Assembly (NCBI RefSeq): GCF_001194135.2
Contig: NC_068998.1
Span: forward strand, 37,994,315-38,029,181
Direction of reading: 5' to 3'
Source of the DNA: Octopus bimaculoides
Taxonomy: Eukaryota
DNA: 34,867 nucleotides
Notes under the pieces: model-generated
Seen by the model: only the letters and a program-made list of their open reading frames with translations
Told to the model about the DNA's origin: nothing
Databases searched by the model: none
Shown: positions 1-10,394 of the stretch, in pieces
Layout of the letters: each line of letters begins with the position of its first letter
Position numbering within the stretch: the first letter of the stretch is position 1
Made by a program: the position numbers and the translations under genes

Positions 1-197
1 ATATATATATATATATATATATATAGGGGCAGGAGTGGTTGTGTGGTAAGAAGTTTGCTTCTCAACCACGTGGTTCTGGGTTCAGATATCACAGAAAGAG
101 CACTATGGGATCAAAATAAATCAAAAGATGTTGTAATACCAACATGCCAATCTCTATTCTATAACAGCGTGGACTGTGGAAAAATAAGTGTGTGAAT

Positions 198-376
198 CTT
201 ATGATAGTTGTAAGCAGGTGTTATTGTCGTTCAAACAGTGGTCCTTTGTTTCTAATCTTTTGTGAAAAAATGTGTGGCCATGGAGAAATATTAACCTTGC
301 TTGGATGCAGAAGAAGGTTGGTAACAGAAACAAAAGACACTGAATGACAATGACACCTGCTTACAACTATCACAAG
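198..376. repeat. Inverted repeat with 36-bp arms and a 107-bp spacer (MITE-like)
   Basis: CTTATGATAGTTGTAAGCAGGTGTTATTGTCGTTCA (198-233) vs TGAATGACAATGACACCTGCTTACAACTATCACAAG (341-376), 3 mismatches. Confidence 0.8.
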
Positions 377-465
377 CTATCAAGGCAAGAAGATACAAAT
401 ACACACACACATGTATACATACACAACCGCCCAACCCATGCCAGCATGGACAACGGACGTTAAAT

Positions 466-517
<52 letters not shown>

Positions 518-539
518 GACTCATAGGGCCACACACTCA

Positions 540-605
<66 letters not shown>

Positions 606-867
606 ACAGGCTCTTTTCATTCTCCATCTACCAAATCCCTAAATCCAGTCATAAGGTTTTTGACACCTTCAATCAGCTGTTGAATGTGTCATGCAGTGGG
701 ACTGAACCAAAAACCAAGAAGTTGGAAGCAAACTCCTTAACTACACAGCTATGCCTAATCACAAGTGAAAACAAAAAGTTACCCAACTTTAGTTTATGAG
801 ATTCCAGAGTGGATGCTCAAGTAAATAAAATGCAAACAAAACAAACATGACAATAACATGACAACAC

Positions 868-1165
868 GTGGAGGTGTGTGGCTTAGAGGTTAGGGGTGTT
901 GAACTCATGATCATAAGATTGTGGTTTCCATTCCTGGACCAGGCAATGTGTTGTGTTCTTGAGCAAAACACTTCATTTCACATTGCTCTGTTCCACTAAT
1001 CTGGCAGAAATGAGAAATTCTGTGACAGGCCAGCATCCCATGAAGTTGGGAAACTGGTCCTATGAGTCTATATGACTCGGGAAGGGCTCTTTATCTTTTA
1101 TAAACAGTAGTGCCCCAGCATGGCCACAGCTCTCGAGCTGAAACTAGAAAAGATTAAAAAAAATA
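868..1165 (+). mobile_element. tRNA-derived SINE family F (reverse copy at about 26100-26260)
   Basis: GGAGGTGTGTGGCTTAGAGGTTAGG..TTCTTGAGCAAAACACTT..TTGCTC..GGCAGAAATGAG; tail GTGCCCCAGCATGGCCACAG..GAAACTAGAAAAG. Confidence 0.65.
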
Positions 1166-1399
1166 ACTGTGACACCTAATATACCAGAGATCCAGCAACA
1201 GCAGTATCATTATCAACATTATCATATTTACATCTGCTTTTTCCAGGTCAGCATGAGTTAGAAGAGTCCTGAGGCAATATTCTATGAGAGAATGCTCAAT
1301 TCATTCACATCAACTGCCAAACTGTTAGATATTTTGTTTATTAGGGACATAAGTAGAATGAGGTCAATGTGAAAACAATCAGATATTTTCACACTCATA

Positions 1400-1595
1400 C
1401 ACTGGCACATACCACACACACACACACACGCTCATGACAGGCTTCCATACAGTTTCCTTCAACCAGCTATCACTTACATTGGTCAGCTTGAAGTTACAGT
1501 AGCAAAACACTTGCCCAAGGTGCCACATACTGTATCGGAATCTGAAACTATGGTGTTTCAAAGTGAACTGCTTCTTAACCATACAGCCATGTTTG
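1400..1595 (-). mobile_element. SINE family A 5-prime half (other fragments at 27-85 plus and 606-757 minus)
   Basis: ACACTTGCCCAAGGTGCCAC..CTTCTTAACCATACAGCCA is the reverse complement of the family A head. Confidence 0.78.
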
Positions 1596-1668
1596 CATCT
1601 ATATATATATTGGAAGCGGAAACAGAAAAATAGTAGAGGTAGACAGTAGTTTACAAAATGTAACTCAC

Positions 1669-1736
1669 TTTGGAAATCATATCTTTTGCTTCTTTTGAAC
1701 TTTTATTTAAAACTCCAGCCATATGTTCATTGGGAG
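1669..1736 (-). CDS. CFAP298: CFAP298 coding exon 3 (68 bp); gene continues beyond the left edge
   Basis: APNEHMAGVLNKSSKEAKDMISK vs human APNEKMKQVLKKTIEEAKAIISK. Polypyrimidine acceptor TTTTCACTTTTCATTCCAG, donor GTGAGT at 1668-1663; frame continuous with exon 2. Confidence 0.93.
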
Positions 1737-1911
1737 CTGGAATGAAAAGTGAAAATAGAACAACTATTAGCGACAGATATGTGGCAGGTGGAAAACAGTG
1801 ATAATCTATAATGCTGTGATTGAGATGAAGAGGTAGAGTTGAATGATGGTGGTCATTGTAACAGCATTTGAGCAATGATGTAGAGGTGGAAGTGAAGACT
1901 GTAGCAATAGA

Positions 1912-2158
1912 GAGGTAATATTTATCACCACTTACACATGAATGTTCTGTTGGAACAAACTATACTGCAGTACTTAACATGAGAGAATCTCTCATATTGG
2001 CTTTTGGTACAAAATACACTCTTGCTTTTTTTTTTCTCTTTCCTGCTGTTTTGCATTTTGCACCAAAAACCAATATGAGAGTTTCTCTCATGGTATCTAC
2101 TGAAGTATAGTTTGTTCTAACAGAACATCCATATTTAAGTGGGCATAAATATTACCCC
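1912..2158. repeat. Fold-back element with about 105-bp inverted arms and a 35-nt spacer
   Basis: 1912-2017 pairs with 2053-2158 (e.g. GGTAATATTTAT / ATAAATATTACC and ATGTTCTGTTGGAACAAACTATACT / AGTATAGTTTGTTCTAACAGAACAT); no TSD seen. Confidence 0.88.
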
Positions 2159-2164
2159 TTGGTA

Positions 2165-3385
2165 TTAATACTGCTCAGTTACATGAGTTTTTGTATTTGT
2201 TTCAAACTTTACTATCTTTTTCATTTCTATTATGAATCCATCCTTCTCTGCTTTAATTTTTATTTCTTCTAAAGTGACAGCTAGTTTGCATACGACATTG
2301 AAGAGTTTATCTTTTATTTCAATTTCAGCTTTTAATGCTGCTATTACTGTGTTTTCTAACAGTTCTTTGTATTTAGGGGTCAATCTTAACAGACCATCCA
2401 TGTGCCCTAATTTTTTTGATGGTAGAAATTCCATCTTAACATCATAATTTAAAAGGATCATCCCCCACCGCTGCAATCAGTTGGATGTATGTGTGGGGAT
2501 ACCCTTTTTCAATCCATAAATTGATAACAATGGGTGGTGATCCGTTTGCAGACTGAATTTCTTTCCACGTATGAATTTGTGAAATTTTTTCAACACAAAA
2601 ATAATGGCCAATGCCTCCTTCTCAATTTGGCTGTAGTTTCTTTTTCAGCTGCCAACAATGAATGTGAAGCATGTGTGATGGGTTTTACGCTATTATTTTC
2701 ATACTTGCGTAAAATTACCACTGCTATACCACTTTTGCTAGCATCTGATGCTACTGCTATTTTAAAATTTGGATCAAAGTGTGATAATGACAGTTCTGAT
2801 GTTAAAACTTTTAGAATTTCTTTGAAGGCTTTTTGACACCTGTCTGACCAATACCACTTTATGCCTTTTTTCAATGGGTTGTTCAGGGGTGCTCTTAGCT
2901 CATGCATGTTTGGTATGTATGTTTGGCAATAGCTCACAAGCCCTAAGAATGCTTGTAATGAAATGTTTATCAGGGTAGGCATATTTTTTATTGCTGGCGA
3001 TCTTGAAGGATCTGACCTGCGACCATTTTTATTGATAACTTGCGCAAGATACTTTATTTCTGGCATGAAAAATTCGCATTTTTCCTCGCTAAGTTTGAAT
3101 CCATACTCCTTTATCTTCTCAAAAACCATTTTAACATGTTCCCCATGCTGGCCTCTAGACTCACTTTTTATGAGTATGTCATCCAAATATGCTATAGCGA
3201 AATCCATATCTGCAAGCATCATATCCCTCACCTATTGGAAAATATTAGGTGTCACCTTTATCCCAAAAGGAAGTCGACTCAATTTATATCAACCTTTATG
3301 AGTGTTTATCATTAATAATTTCAAACATTCTTCCTCGACTTGTAACTGTAAATACGTCCCCGACAAGTCCAATTTTGGGAAAAAT
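2165..3385 (-). mobile_element. Ty3/Gypsy LTR-retrotransposon pol relic (RT, RNase H, linker), with stops and frameshifts; no LTRs seen
   Basis: Minus-strand frames give KLDLSGTYLQL, LPFGIKVTPNIFQ, AYLDDILI (RT), FLGLVSY, VASDASKSGI (RNase H) and LQRWGMILLNYD..LGHMDGLLRL. Confidence 0.93.
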
Positions 3386-3389
3386 ATCT

Positions 3390-3560
3390 CTTCTCATTAT
3401 TTACATTACTTACATTCAACGGATATTTCCCCAAGACACCTGAAGGCTGGAGGGTATATCAGCCGAAACGTGTTAACAACAAGATGAGGACAAATATCCG
3501 TCAAATGTAAATAATGTAAATAATGTAAATAAATTCTTCATCTCTTAAATATAGAACTGC
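3390..3560 (+). mobile_element. Second Penelope-like family relic with a degenerate hammerhead inside a 34-bp inverted repeat
   Basis: GACAC-CTGAA-GGCTG(10 nt)CAGCC-GAAAC-GTGTT at 3435-3474; inverted repeat 3395-3428 / 3492-3525 with 3 mismatches. Confidence 0.55.
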
Positions 3561-3763
3561 ATAGACTTCTATGACTGTCTTCTTAAAGCACCTGCACACA
3601 AAACACTGTACCTCACTGACAGTACACATGCACCTTTATACGGTTTAGTACAGTTGACTTGTTATTCCACAGGAGTGTCGGGATTTCACCACAACAGAAC
3701 CCAAGGGTTCTGGGGAACCGCAGTTGAGAAACACTGGCCTAGAGTATGAGAGTTAAAACTTAC

Positions 3764-3931
3764 CAATTCCATTACGTCGTCCCATTGTATCCTTGTTGAA
3801 GACATCTCCACCACTGGGCCTGCACTTCTCAGCCCATTCATCTTTCAGTTTTAATTCTGTAATTTGCTCATCTGTAAGGCCTTGCATGTTGATAGGCAGG
3901 GTGGTTCCATGCTTGGCCAGCTCTCCCAACT
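3764..3931 (-). CDS. CFAP298: CFAP298 coding exon 2 (168 bp, phase 1-1)
   Basis: ELGELAKHGTTLPINMQGLTDEQITELKLKDEWAEKCRPSGGDVFNKDTMGRRNGI vs human EMEELAEHGIFLPPNMQGLTDDQIEELKLKDEWGEKCVPSGGAVFKKDDIGRRNGQ. Acceptor TTGGCAG at 3933-3932, donor GTAAGT at 3763-3758; frame continuous with exon 1. Confidence 0.96.
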
Positions 3932-3938
3932 CTGCCAA

Positions 3939-3989
3939 ATAATAATAATAATAATAATAATGATGATGATGATGATGATGATGATGATG
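3939..3989. repeat. (ATA)n(ATG)n microsatellite at the exon 2 acceptor
   Basis: Directly visible between the exon 2 acceptor and the SINE C tail. Confidence 0.95.
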
Positions 3990-4335
3990 GTTTCAAATTT
4001 TTCCACAAGGGCAGCAATTTCTGGGGGAGGGGTAAGTCAATTACAATGACCCCAGTATTCAATTGGTACTTATGTTATTGACTCTGAAAGGATGATAGGC
4101 AAAGTGGACCTCAGTGGAATTTGATCTCAGAACATAAAGACCACCATGCTAACGATTCTGCTAGCTCACCACCTTTGATAATGATAATAATAATAATAAT
4201 CCTGAAATTTTTGGGGAGGGGACTAGTTGATTACATTGTTTCACAAAGTCGACCTTGGGGGAATTTGAACTGATAACGTAAAGACGGATGAAATGCCGCT
4301 AAGCATTTTGCCCGGCGTGCTGACGATTCTCTATC
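3985..4335 (-). mobile_element. Two adjacent SINE family C copies (about 3985-4180 and 4205-4335)
   Basis: GGTTTCAAATTT..CCCCAGT..GGTACTTA..GAATTTGAACT..CTAAGCATTT are reverse-complement family C motifs. Confidence 0.8.
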
Positions 4336-4789
4336 TTCAATAAATTAATGAATAACATTTTGGCAAAACCAGAAACAAAAAGGAAAAAGAAAACAACAGC
4401 AAACAAATATCATTTTTTTTTATTGTGGTGTAATGATAAGAATCGTATAAAAGGCTTTCCTGAAGCCATTATAATAAGGACAAATATAAACATACAATCG
4501 TTTCGTAGAAAGGACCAGCTTAAATTAACGGTGGCCACTGAAAGTAAATGAATTACAAAATAGTGTGTTCAGAGTTATTTCCCTTGCTTAAAAAGCACCA
4601 GAGTAATACTTTATTCATACACACACACACACATGCATGTGAATGAGTGTGATTGGTGTATGGTGTGTATGTGAGAGAGAGAGATAGAGAGAGAGAGATA
4701 GAGAGGGGAGAAGAGAGGGAGAGAGAGAGAGTTGGTAGACAACAATTTGGTCCAGTGTCTCATTAAGGATGGTTTCTATAACCGGACAC

Positions 4790-4915
4790 TCTTCCTCACG
4801 CCAATCACTTCCAAAGTGTAGTTGGTGCTTTTTTGACAGGAAGGGCATTATCTACATCATCTGGGTTCCTTCTAACCAGAAAATCAAAGCAGAAGTACTT
4901 TGTGGAGGTTTTGAG
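4790..4915 (+). mobile_element. Possible mariner transposase relic
   Basis: FFDRKGIIYIIWVPSNQKIKAE resembles the mariner FFD.KG(I/V)V...VP.GQTVN.EYY segment; short and decayed. Confidence 0.4.
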
Positions 4916-5193
4916 AAAGTTATTTTGACAAAATTCTTTATCATTTCAAAAATCAATTGAAACAAAAGCGGCAGAAATATGGTAACACAAATTAAAACCT
5001 ATCAAAATTTCGAGTTGATTGATGTTCCGGACACCAGCCTAATAACATCCAAATTATTTTACCAAATTCTGTATTATTTTCAAAATCAATTGCAACAAAG
5101 ACACAAAGACAGTGTAACATTTCAACAGAAATATGGTCACAAAATGGTTAAGAGACATTAAGAGACATTTAGCTGTTGATTACAATAGACTGA

Positions 5194-5580
5194 GTGGAGG
5201 CGTAATGGCCCAGTGGTTAGAGCAACAGACTCGCGGTCATAGGATCGCAGTTTCGATTCCCAGACCGGGCGTTGTGAATGCTTATTGAGCGAAAACACCT
5301 AAAGCTCCATGTGGCTCCAGCAGGGGATGGTGGCAAACCCTGCTGTACTCTTTCACCACAACTTTCTCTCACTCTTACTTCCTGTTTCTGTTGTGCCTGT
5401 AATTCAAAGGGTCAGCCTTGTCACACTGTGTCATGCTGAATATCCCCGAGAACTACGTTAAGGGTACACGTGTCTGTGGAGTGCTCAGCCACTTGCACGT
5501 TAATTTCACGAGCAGGCTGTTCCGTTGATTGGATCAACTGGAACCCTCGACGTCGTAAGCGACGAAGTGCCAACAAAGAT
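5194..5580 (+). mobile_element. tRNA-derived SINE family B, full length, 10-bp TSD
   Basis: Starts GTGGAGGCGTAATGGCCCAGTGG; TSD AATAGACTGA at 5184-5193 and 5581-5590. Confidence 0.92.
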
Positions 5581-5669
5581 AATAGACTGAATGGCTGTGT
5601 AAAGACTAGTGGAATACACCCATCAAAGCTGGTTGAGTTAGCTCCAAGTAGCTTTAAGTTTATCTGGAG

Positions 5670-5901
5670 CAGAGGTCCTCAACCAGGTCCCATATTAAGT
5701 TTTGTTAAAATTTATCTGCAATAAATTGGTTATACTTCCATAATGCATAAAATATTTTAACAATTTTTTTATACAATTCCTAATAATATTCAATTATAAA
5801 AATATAATAGGGTTTTTTAATCATTGAAAAGCTGAGAGGATCTGTCTGAGTAAAATGGGAACCAAAGGGGTCTACAGGCAAAAAATGGTTGGGAACCACT
5901 G
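5670..5901. mobile_element. hAT (Charlie-like) MITE
   Basis: Terminal CAGAGGTCCTCAACC / GGTTGGGAACCACTG; 8-bp flanks ATCTGGAG / ATCTAGGG (6 of 8 match), resembling the NTCTAGAN target. Confidence 0.8.
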
Positions 5902-6039
5902 ATCTAGGGACACAAAAGGGGTTGCCTGTCAAAGGATGTATTTAATCAGTATTCCTAGCTGTGCTCATTTTTAGCAGCAGTGTTTATGTCTTTTCTATCT
6001 GTAGCCATTATTATTGTGGGAATATTATCCAAAGATTTA

Positions 6040-6227
6040 AGGCAGCAATCTGGCAGAACCATTAGCATGCTAAGCAGCATTTCATCTGTCTTTATGTTCT
6101 GAGTTCAAATTCTGCCAAGGTCAACTTTGGGGGTTGATAAAATAAGCACCAGTTGGGCAATGGGGTTGATGTAATCGATTTACCCCCTCCTTCAAAACTT
6201 GCTGGCCTTGTGCCAAAATTTGAAACC
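6040..6227 (+). mobile_element. SINE family C with 19-bp TSD
   Basis: CTGGCAGAACCATTAGC..GAGTTCAAATTC..GGCCTTGTGCCAAAATTTGAAACC; TSD AATATTATCCAAAGATTTA at 6021-6039 and 6228-6246. Confidence 0.88.
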
Positions 6228-6273
6228 AATATTATCCAAAGATTTAGGATGTAAAATATGTGGTTGATGCTTT

Positions 6274-6496
6274 TTAACTATTTAAACAGGCCATATCCTG
6301 CCCAAAATATTCTACTTGTTTTTGTGTTCAAACTAGCTAGATCTGGCCTTTCACACTTACCTTGCAATGTCATTCTAAAAACAAACAATCACATCATCAA
6401 AATCTCAAAGCTACGAGATAATCCATTATTAATTCAAAACAATGTGAATAAATAAGCATTACATTTGACAGAGTAATCTGGATGCTAAGGGGTTAA
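6274..6496. mobile_element. piggyBac-like (TTAA-flanked) MITE; other copies at about 7866-7997 and 33785-33950
   Basis: Ends ATGCTAAGGGG-TTAA; other copies start (T)GACCCTTTTAGCATTTAAAC; shared internal CATTCTAAAAA(C/T)AAACAATCACATC. Confidence 0.65.
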
Positions 6497-6562
6497 AAAC
6501 AGTAAAGTTGCTTGCTGCTGCCTCATGCTGTTGCTTGATGGTGCTGGGGTCATCCCAGGCCA

Positions 6563-6790
6563 GTGGTCCCAGAGACGTCATCATGCCAACTAGGTAAACC
6601 AGTGCTCTCCAACACTGATGATCTCATGCCCCTCTCCGTCCTCTGTCTCTTGCTAGATCATCCTACAAGGGTTTTACTCTCATTTGATGCAGCAGCTGTG
6701 GGCTGGAAGAGGTCTTGTGGCAGGCCCCGTACCAGATGGCTAGACGTGATTGGGGAAGACCTCCAGAGGCTTGACATCACCTTGGTAAGG
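6563..6790 (+). mobile_element. RTE-like LINE C-terminal relic
   Basis: DHPTRVLLSFD..GWKRSCGRPRTRWLDVIGEDLQRLDITL fits the WKRPRGRPRTRW.D motif of RTE-type ORF ends. Confidence 0.7.
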
Positions 6791-6884
6791 AAATTACTGA
6801 GGGAGATTTATTTGCTGTACTTAATAAATGTAAAGAATACACAGCAGAACACTCAAATGTTTTGGATTATTTTGTAATACAAAC

Positions 6885-7023
6885 CTAAACATATCCGCTC
6901 AATTTTCAACCTGCCATTATAGATATTGGTTATATTTGTAATGAGGACATCAATTGAAGTGTCACCAGTGGTTTCATGTAGAAACTGTGGTTCGTCATTC
7001 CTTTTTACAGTAATTTTCACCAT
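6885..7023 (-). CDS. CFAP298: CFAP298 (C21orf59/kurly) coding exon 1
   Basis: Translates MVKITVKRNDEPQFLHETTGDTSIDVLITNITNIYNGRLKIERICL, matching the remembered human N-terminus MVLLHVKRGDESQFLL...VYNGRLKVQRLCS. ATG at 7023-7021, phase-1 donor G|GTTTGT at 6884. Acceptor TTTTTTGCAG 6 nt upstream of the ATG (exon starts 7029). Confidence 0.93.
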
Positions 7024-7124
7024 TTTCAGCTGCAAAAAACATTTAAAAGATATTCTTAAACATGACTTATCAGTTGTTTTCACATCATTCAATGCTACGT
7101 ACAAAACAACCACAATGAATGTAA

Positions 7125-7555
7125 CCATCATCATCGTTATCATTTAGCAATTGTTTTCCATGCTGGCATGGGTTGGACGGTTTGACCAGAGCTAGCAAGC
7201 CAGAGAGCTACACCAGGTTCCAGTCTGATTTGGCTTGGTTTCAATGGCTGGATACCTTTCCAATGCCAACCACTTGGCATTGGAGTATGCTGGGGGCTTT
7301 TATGTGGCACCAACATAGGTTCTTTTATGCGACGCCAGCATGGGTACAACAATGTGACGCCAGCATAAGAGCTTTTTAAGTAGTGTCAACACAGGTGCTT
7401 TTTACATGGCACTGGTACAGGTGCCATTACATGGCGCCAGAATGGGAGCTTTATAAATGCTGCCAGCACAGGAGTTCTGTACATGATACCAGCACAGGTG
7501 CTATTACGCGGCGCCAGCACAGGAGCTTTTTAAGTGATGCCAACACAGGACTCTG
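7125..7555 (-). mobile_element. Family E short retroposon with (GAT)n tail and an internal 25-26 bp tandem array
   Basis: TTTCCATGCTGGCATGGGTTGGACGG is the reverse complement of the CCAACCCATGCCAGCATGG tail also at 425-450, 8155-8180, 9380-9400 and 25875-25895. Confidence 0.78.
7292..7550. repeat. Degenerate minisatellite, about 10 units of 25-26 bp
   Basis: Consensus-like GWGCTTTTTACRTGGCRCCAGCACAG repeated head to tail with no unique spacers. Confidence 0.8.
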
Positions 7556-8621
7556 TAGGCCAATCCTCTTCCGCAAGGGGAACAGCATTTACAATTCTGT
7601 TGTGGTTAATGCCACTCCCCCAGCTGAAGAGGCTTGGCCTGCAACCATAATGAATGTAATTAATATATTAATCATTGAACTTCAAGGAAATTATAATGGT
7701 GGTCAACATCAAGAGAGGAATTGGTGAAAGCAAAAACCAGTGTATGTTAGAGTACCATGAGACTGTTTGCTTTATAATTCATTAACAGACATCCAGACCA
7801 ACATGGATATCTCTATTAAGTTACTGAACATACTAGAAATAGCAGCCAAACCCACATCAAATCTCATCCTGACCCTTTTAGCATTTAAACCAGCCATATC
7901 CAGCTCAAATATTCTAGTTGGTTTATGTTCAAACCAACCAGATCCAGCCTCTCACACCTACCATACAACATCATTCTAAAAATAAACAATCACATCCCTA
8001 TTCTGTCAAGGGGTCTCTAGTCCTGGTGCCACAAAACAAAGCACTGAGTACACTCTATAAAGTTGTTGGAGTTGGGAAGGGTATCTAGCCATAGAAACCT
8101 CTCCAAAGACAGTGGGGATCAACAGCCCTCAGGATAATCAGATCCTGCTGAACCATCCAACCCATGCCATCATGGAATACAAGCATTAAACGATGACAAC
8201 GATGAAGATGATGACAATTGAAATGAAGATTACAGCAACCTTACACCACTTCATAGGACTTAGTTTATTTAACATCAAATAACCAGTCTTTTATATAATT
8301 CAAATTCTAACATAACATCAGAAATCCCCCACAACATTGATTCACAACTGGGGTCCATATGGCCCTTGGAGGGATGGGAGCCATATAAGATTTTTTGTTA
8401 AAATTTATGAGCAATAAATTGCTTATACGTCTACAAAACACCATGTACTTTAGCAATTTTTTTAATACAATTCCTAATAATATTTAATACTAAAAATATA
8501 ACAGGATTTTTTAAACACTGAACAGGGAGTCTGCTACCTGGCCGGCTCCCATCAACCGTCCTACCTATGCATGCATGGAAGACAGATGTTAAACAATGAT
8601 CAGGATGTGCTTCAGTTCAGT

Positions 8622-9014
8622 GTGGAGGCGCAATGGCTCAGTGGTTAGGGCAGCAGACTCGCGGTCATAGGATCACAGTTTCAATTCCCAGACTTGGTGT
8701 TGTGAGTGTTTATTGATCGAAAACACCTAAAGCTCCACAAGGCTCCGGCAGGGGATGGTGGCGAACTCTGCTGTACTCTTCCACCACAACTTTCTCTCAC
8801 TCTTACTTTCTGTTTCTGTTGTGCCTGTATTTCAAAGGGCCAGCCTTGTCACACTGTGTCACGCTGAATATCCCTGAGAACTACGTTAAGGGCACACGTG
8901 CCTGTGGAGTGCTCAGCCACTTGCACATTAATTTCACGAGCAGGCTGTTCCGTTGATCAGATCAACTGGAACCCTCGACGTCGTAAGCGACGGAGTGCCA
9001 GAAGAAGAAGAAGA
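8622..9014 (+). mobile_element. SINE family B, full length, 13-bp TSD, (GAA)n tail
   Basis: Collinear with 5194-5580; TSD GCTTCAGTTCAGT at 8609-8621 and 9015-9027. Confidence 0.92.
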
Positions 9015-9179
9015 GCTTCAGTTCAGTTCACCTATCTGTAAAACACTAGGAATCAGATCTTCTGGAAATACGACCTATCAATCACTAACACTTCTACACA
9101 GAAGGGTTCTTCATTTCTCACTCCCTCTCCTTGGTGCGTTGTTGTACTCAAGAAGACCCATTCAACACAACAGAATTGA

Positions 9180-9425
9180 GACTCTAAAACCAAGGTGCCA
9201 CATAAAAAGCATTGGTGCGGGTGCTCGTGCCATGTAAAAGGCACTGGTGCTGGTGCCACATAAAAAGCCACTCAGTAAAGTGATTGGAACTGGAAAGGCA
9301 TCCAGCTGTAGAAACCAAGTCAAAACAGACTATGGAAACTGGTGCAGCCCCTGGCCTTGCCAGTTCTTATCAAGCCAGCCAACCCATGCCAGCATGAAAA
9401 ACGGGCGTCAAATGATGATGCACAG
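9180..9425 (+). mobile_element. Family E short retroposon (more decayed copy at about 8020-8215)
   Basis: GGTGCCACATAAAAAGC..GGAAAGGCATCCAGCTGTAGAAACC..CCAACCCATGCCAGCATG..GATGATG. Confidence 0.75.
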
Positions 9426-10394
9426 CTGAATTGGGAAAGAAATACCATCTTTATGGTAAGGATCTTGTGCCTGACGAAACAACATTATTCACCTCATGAA
9501 ATATCAGTAAAACAACACCCTTAAGTCGTTCGCTACAAGTTTCTACATTCAAAGAATAGAATTTAAATTGNNNNNNNNNNNNNNNNNNNATAGCTACTTG
9601 ATAAATTCTTGTAAAAGAATTCATTCTATTATTGAATTTAAATATATATATATATATATATATATATAGTTGTTTGTTTTTATTTCATTATTTCTTATAC
9701 ATTTCTTTAAATCACGATTTTGAAGTGTCTTCTGCTGTTTTTGGTATCTAAGAGTATGACAGTCATGTCACGATGTTTCGTTCTCTTTCCCCCCCTCACA
9801 CATACGCACGCACGCGCGCACACAATTTCTACATTGTTGTCGTTAAAGTACCTTGGGTAACTTTGTAAACAATCGTCGTGTGAGCACTGCTGAAGTCAAC
9901 ACCTAACACTACAACACGATTTCGTGTACTCAAACCAACATACAGCCAAATTGCAATTACGAAAGGGTAGAATCCATATTCTTCAACTGTGATAGTAAAA
10001 TTTATATGGCAACCTTCTCAGAGCCTCTTATCGAACAAGTGAGTACAAGCCTGATACGCTATATTAACTTACAGCATCAGCTTAACTCTTGTTGCTCAAC
10101 AGGGTTCAGTTTATTTAAAGATATTCATTTAACAAATTCCAGAATGCTCCTACGTTGGAATAATTTACAAAAGTTCTCCCCCGCTCCCACCCCACGGAAA
10201 TAATTGTCATTCGCATCATCAAAATATCCGAAACTTCTCTTACCTCCTGGGGGGGAAAATCGCAACAAATTCCAGTGTACTTTTTAATCTATACTATCTG
10301 AGATATATTTGTAAAGGGCTATCTTTCATTACACTTTAATCAAGGAAGTTTTTGTTTTAAGTTTTAATTTCATTATCTATTTATTTATCGAAAG

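Noticed and set aside
5194-5270. tRNA-like sequences with A/B boxes (also at 8622, 12497 and 10395)
   Set aside because: They are SINE heads continuing into family-specific bodies with TSDs; no complete cloverleaf.
7292-7550. Regularly spaced repeats resembling a CRISPR array
   Set aside because: Units are contiguous and diverged with no unique spacers; eukaryotic context, no cas genes.
7624-7645. CTGAAGA-GGC TTG GCC hammerhead-like start
   Set aside because: Not followed by GAAA (reads TGCAAC); no stem I or III.
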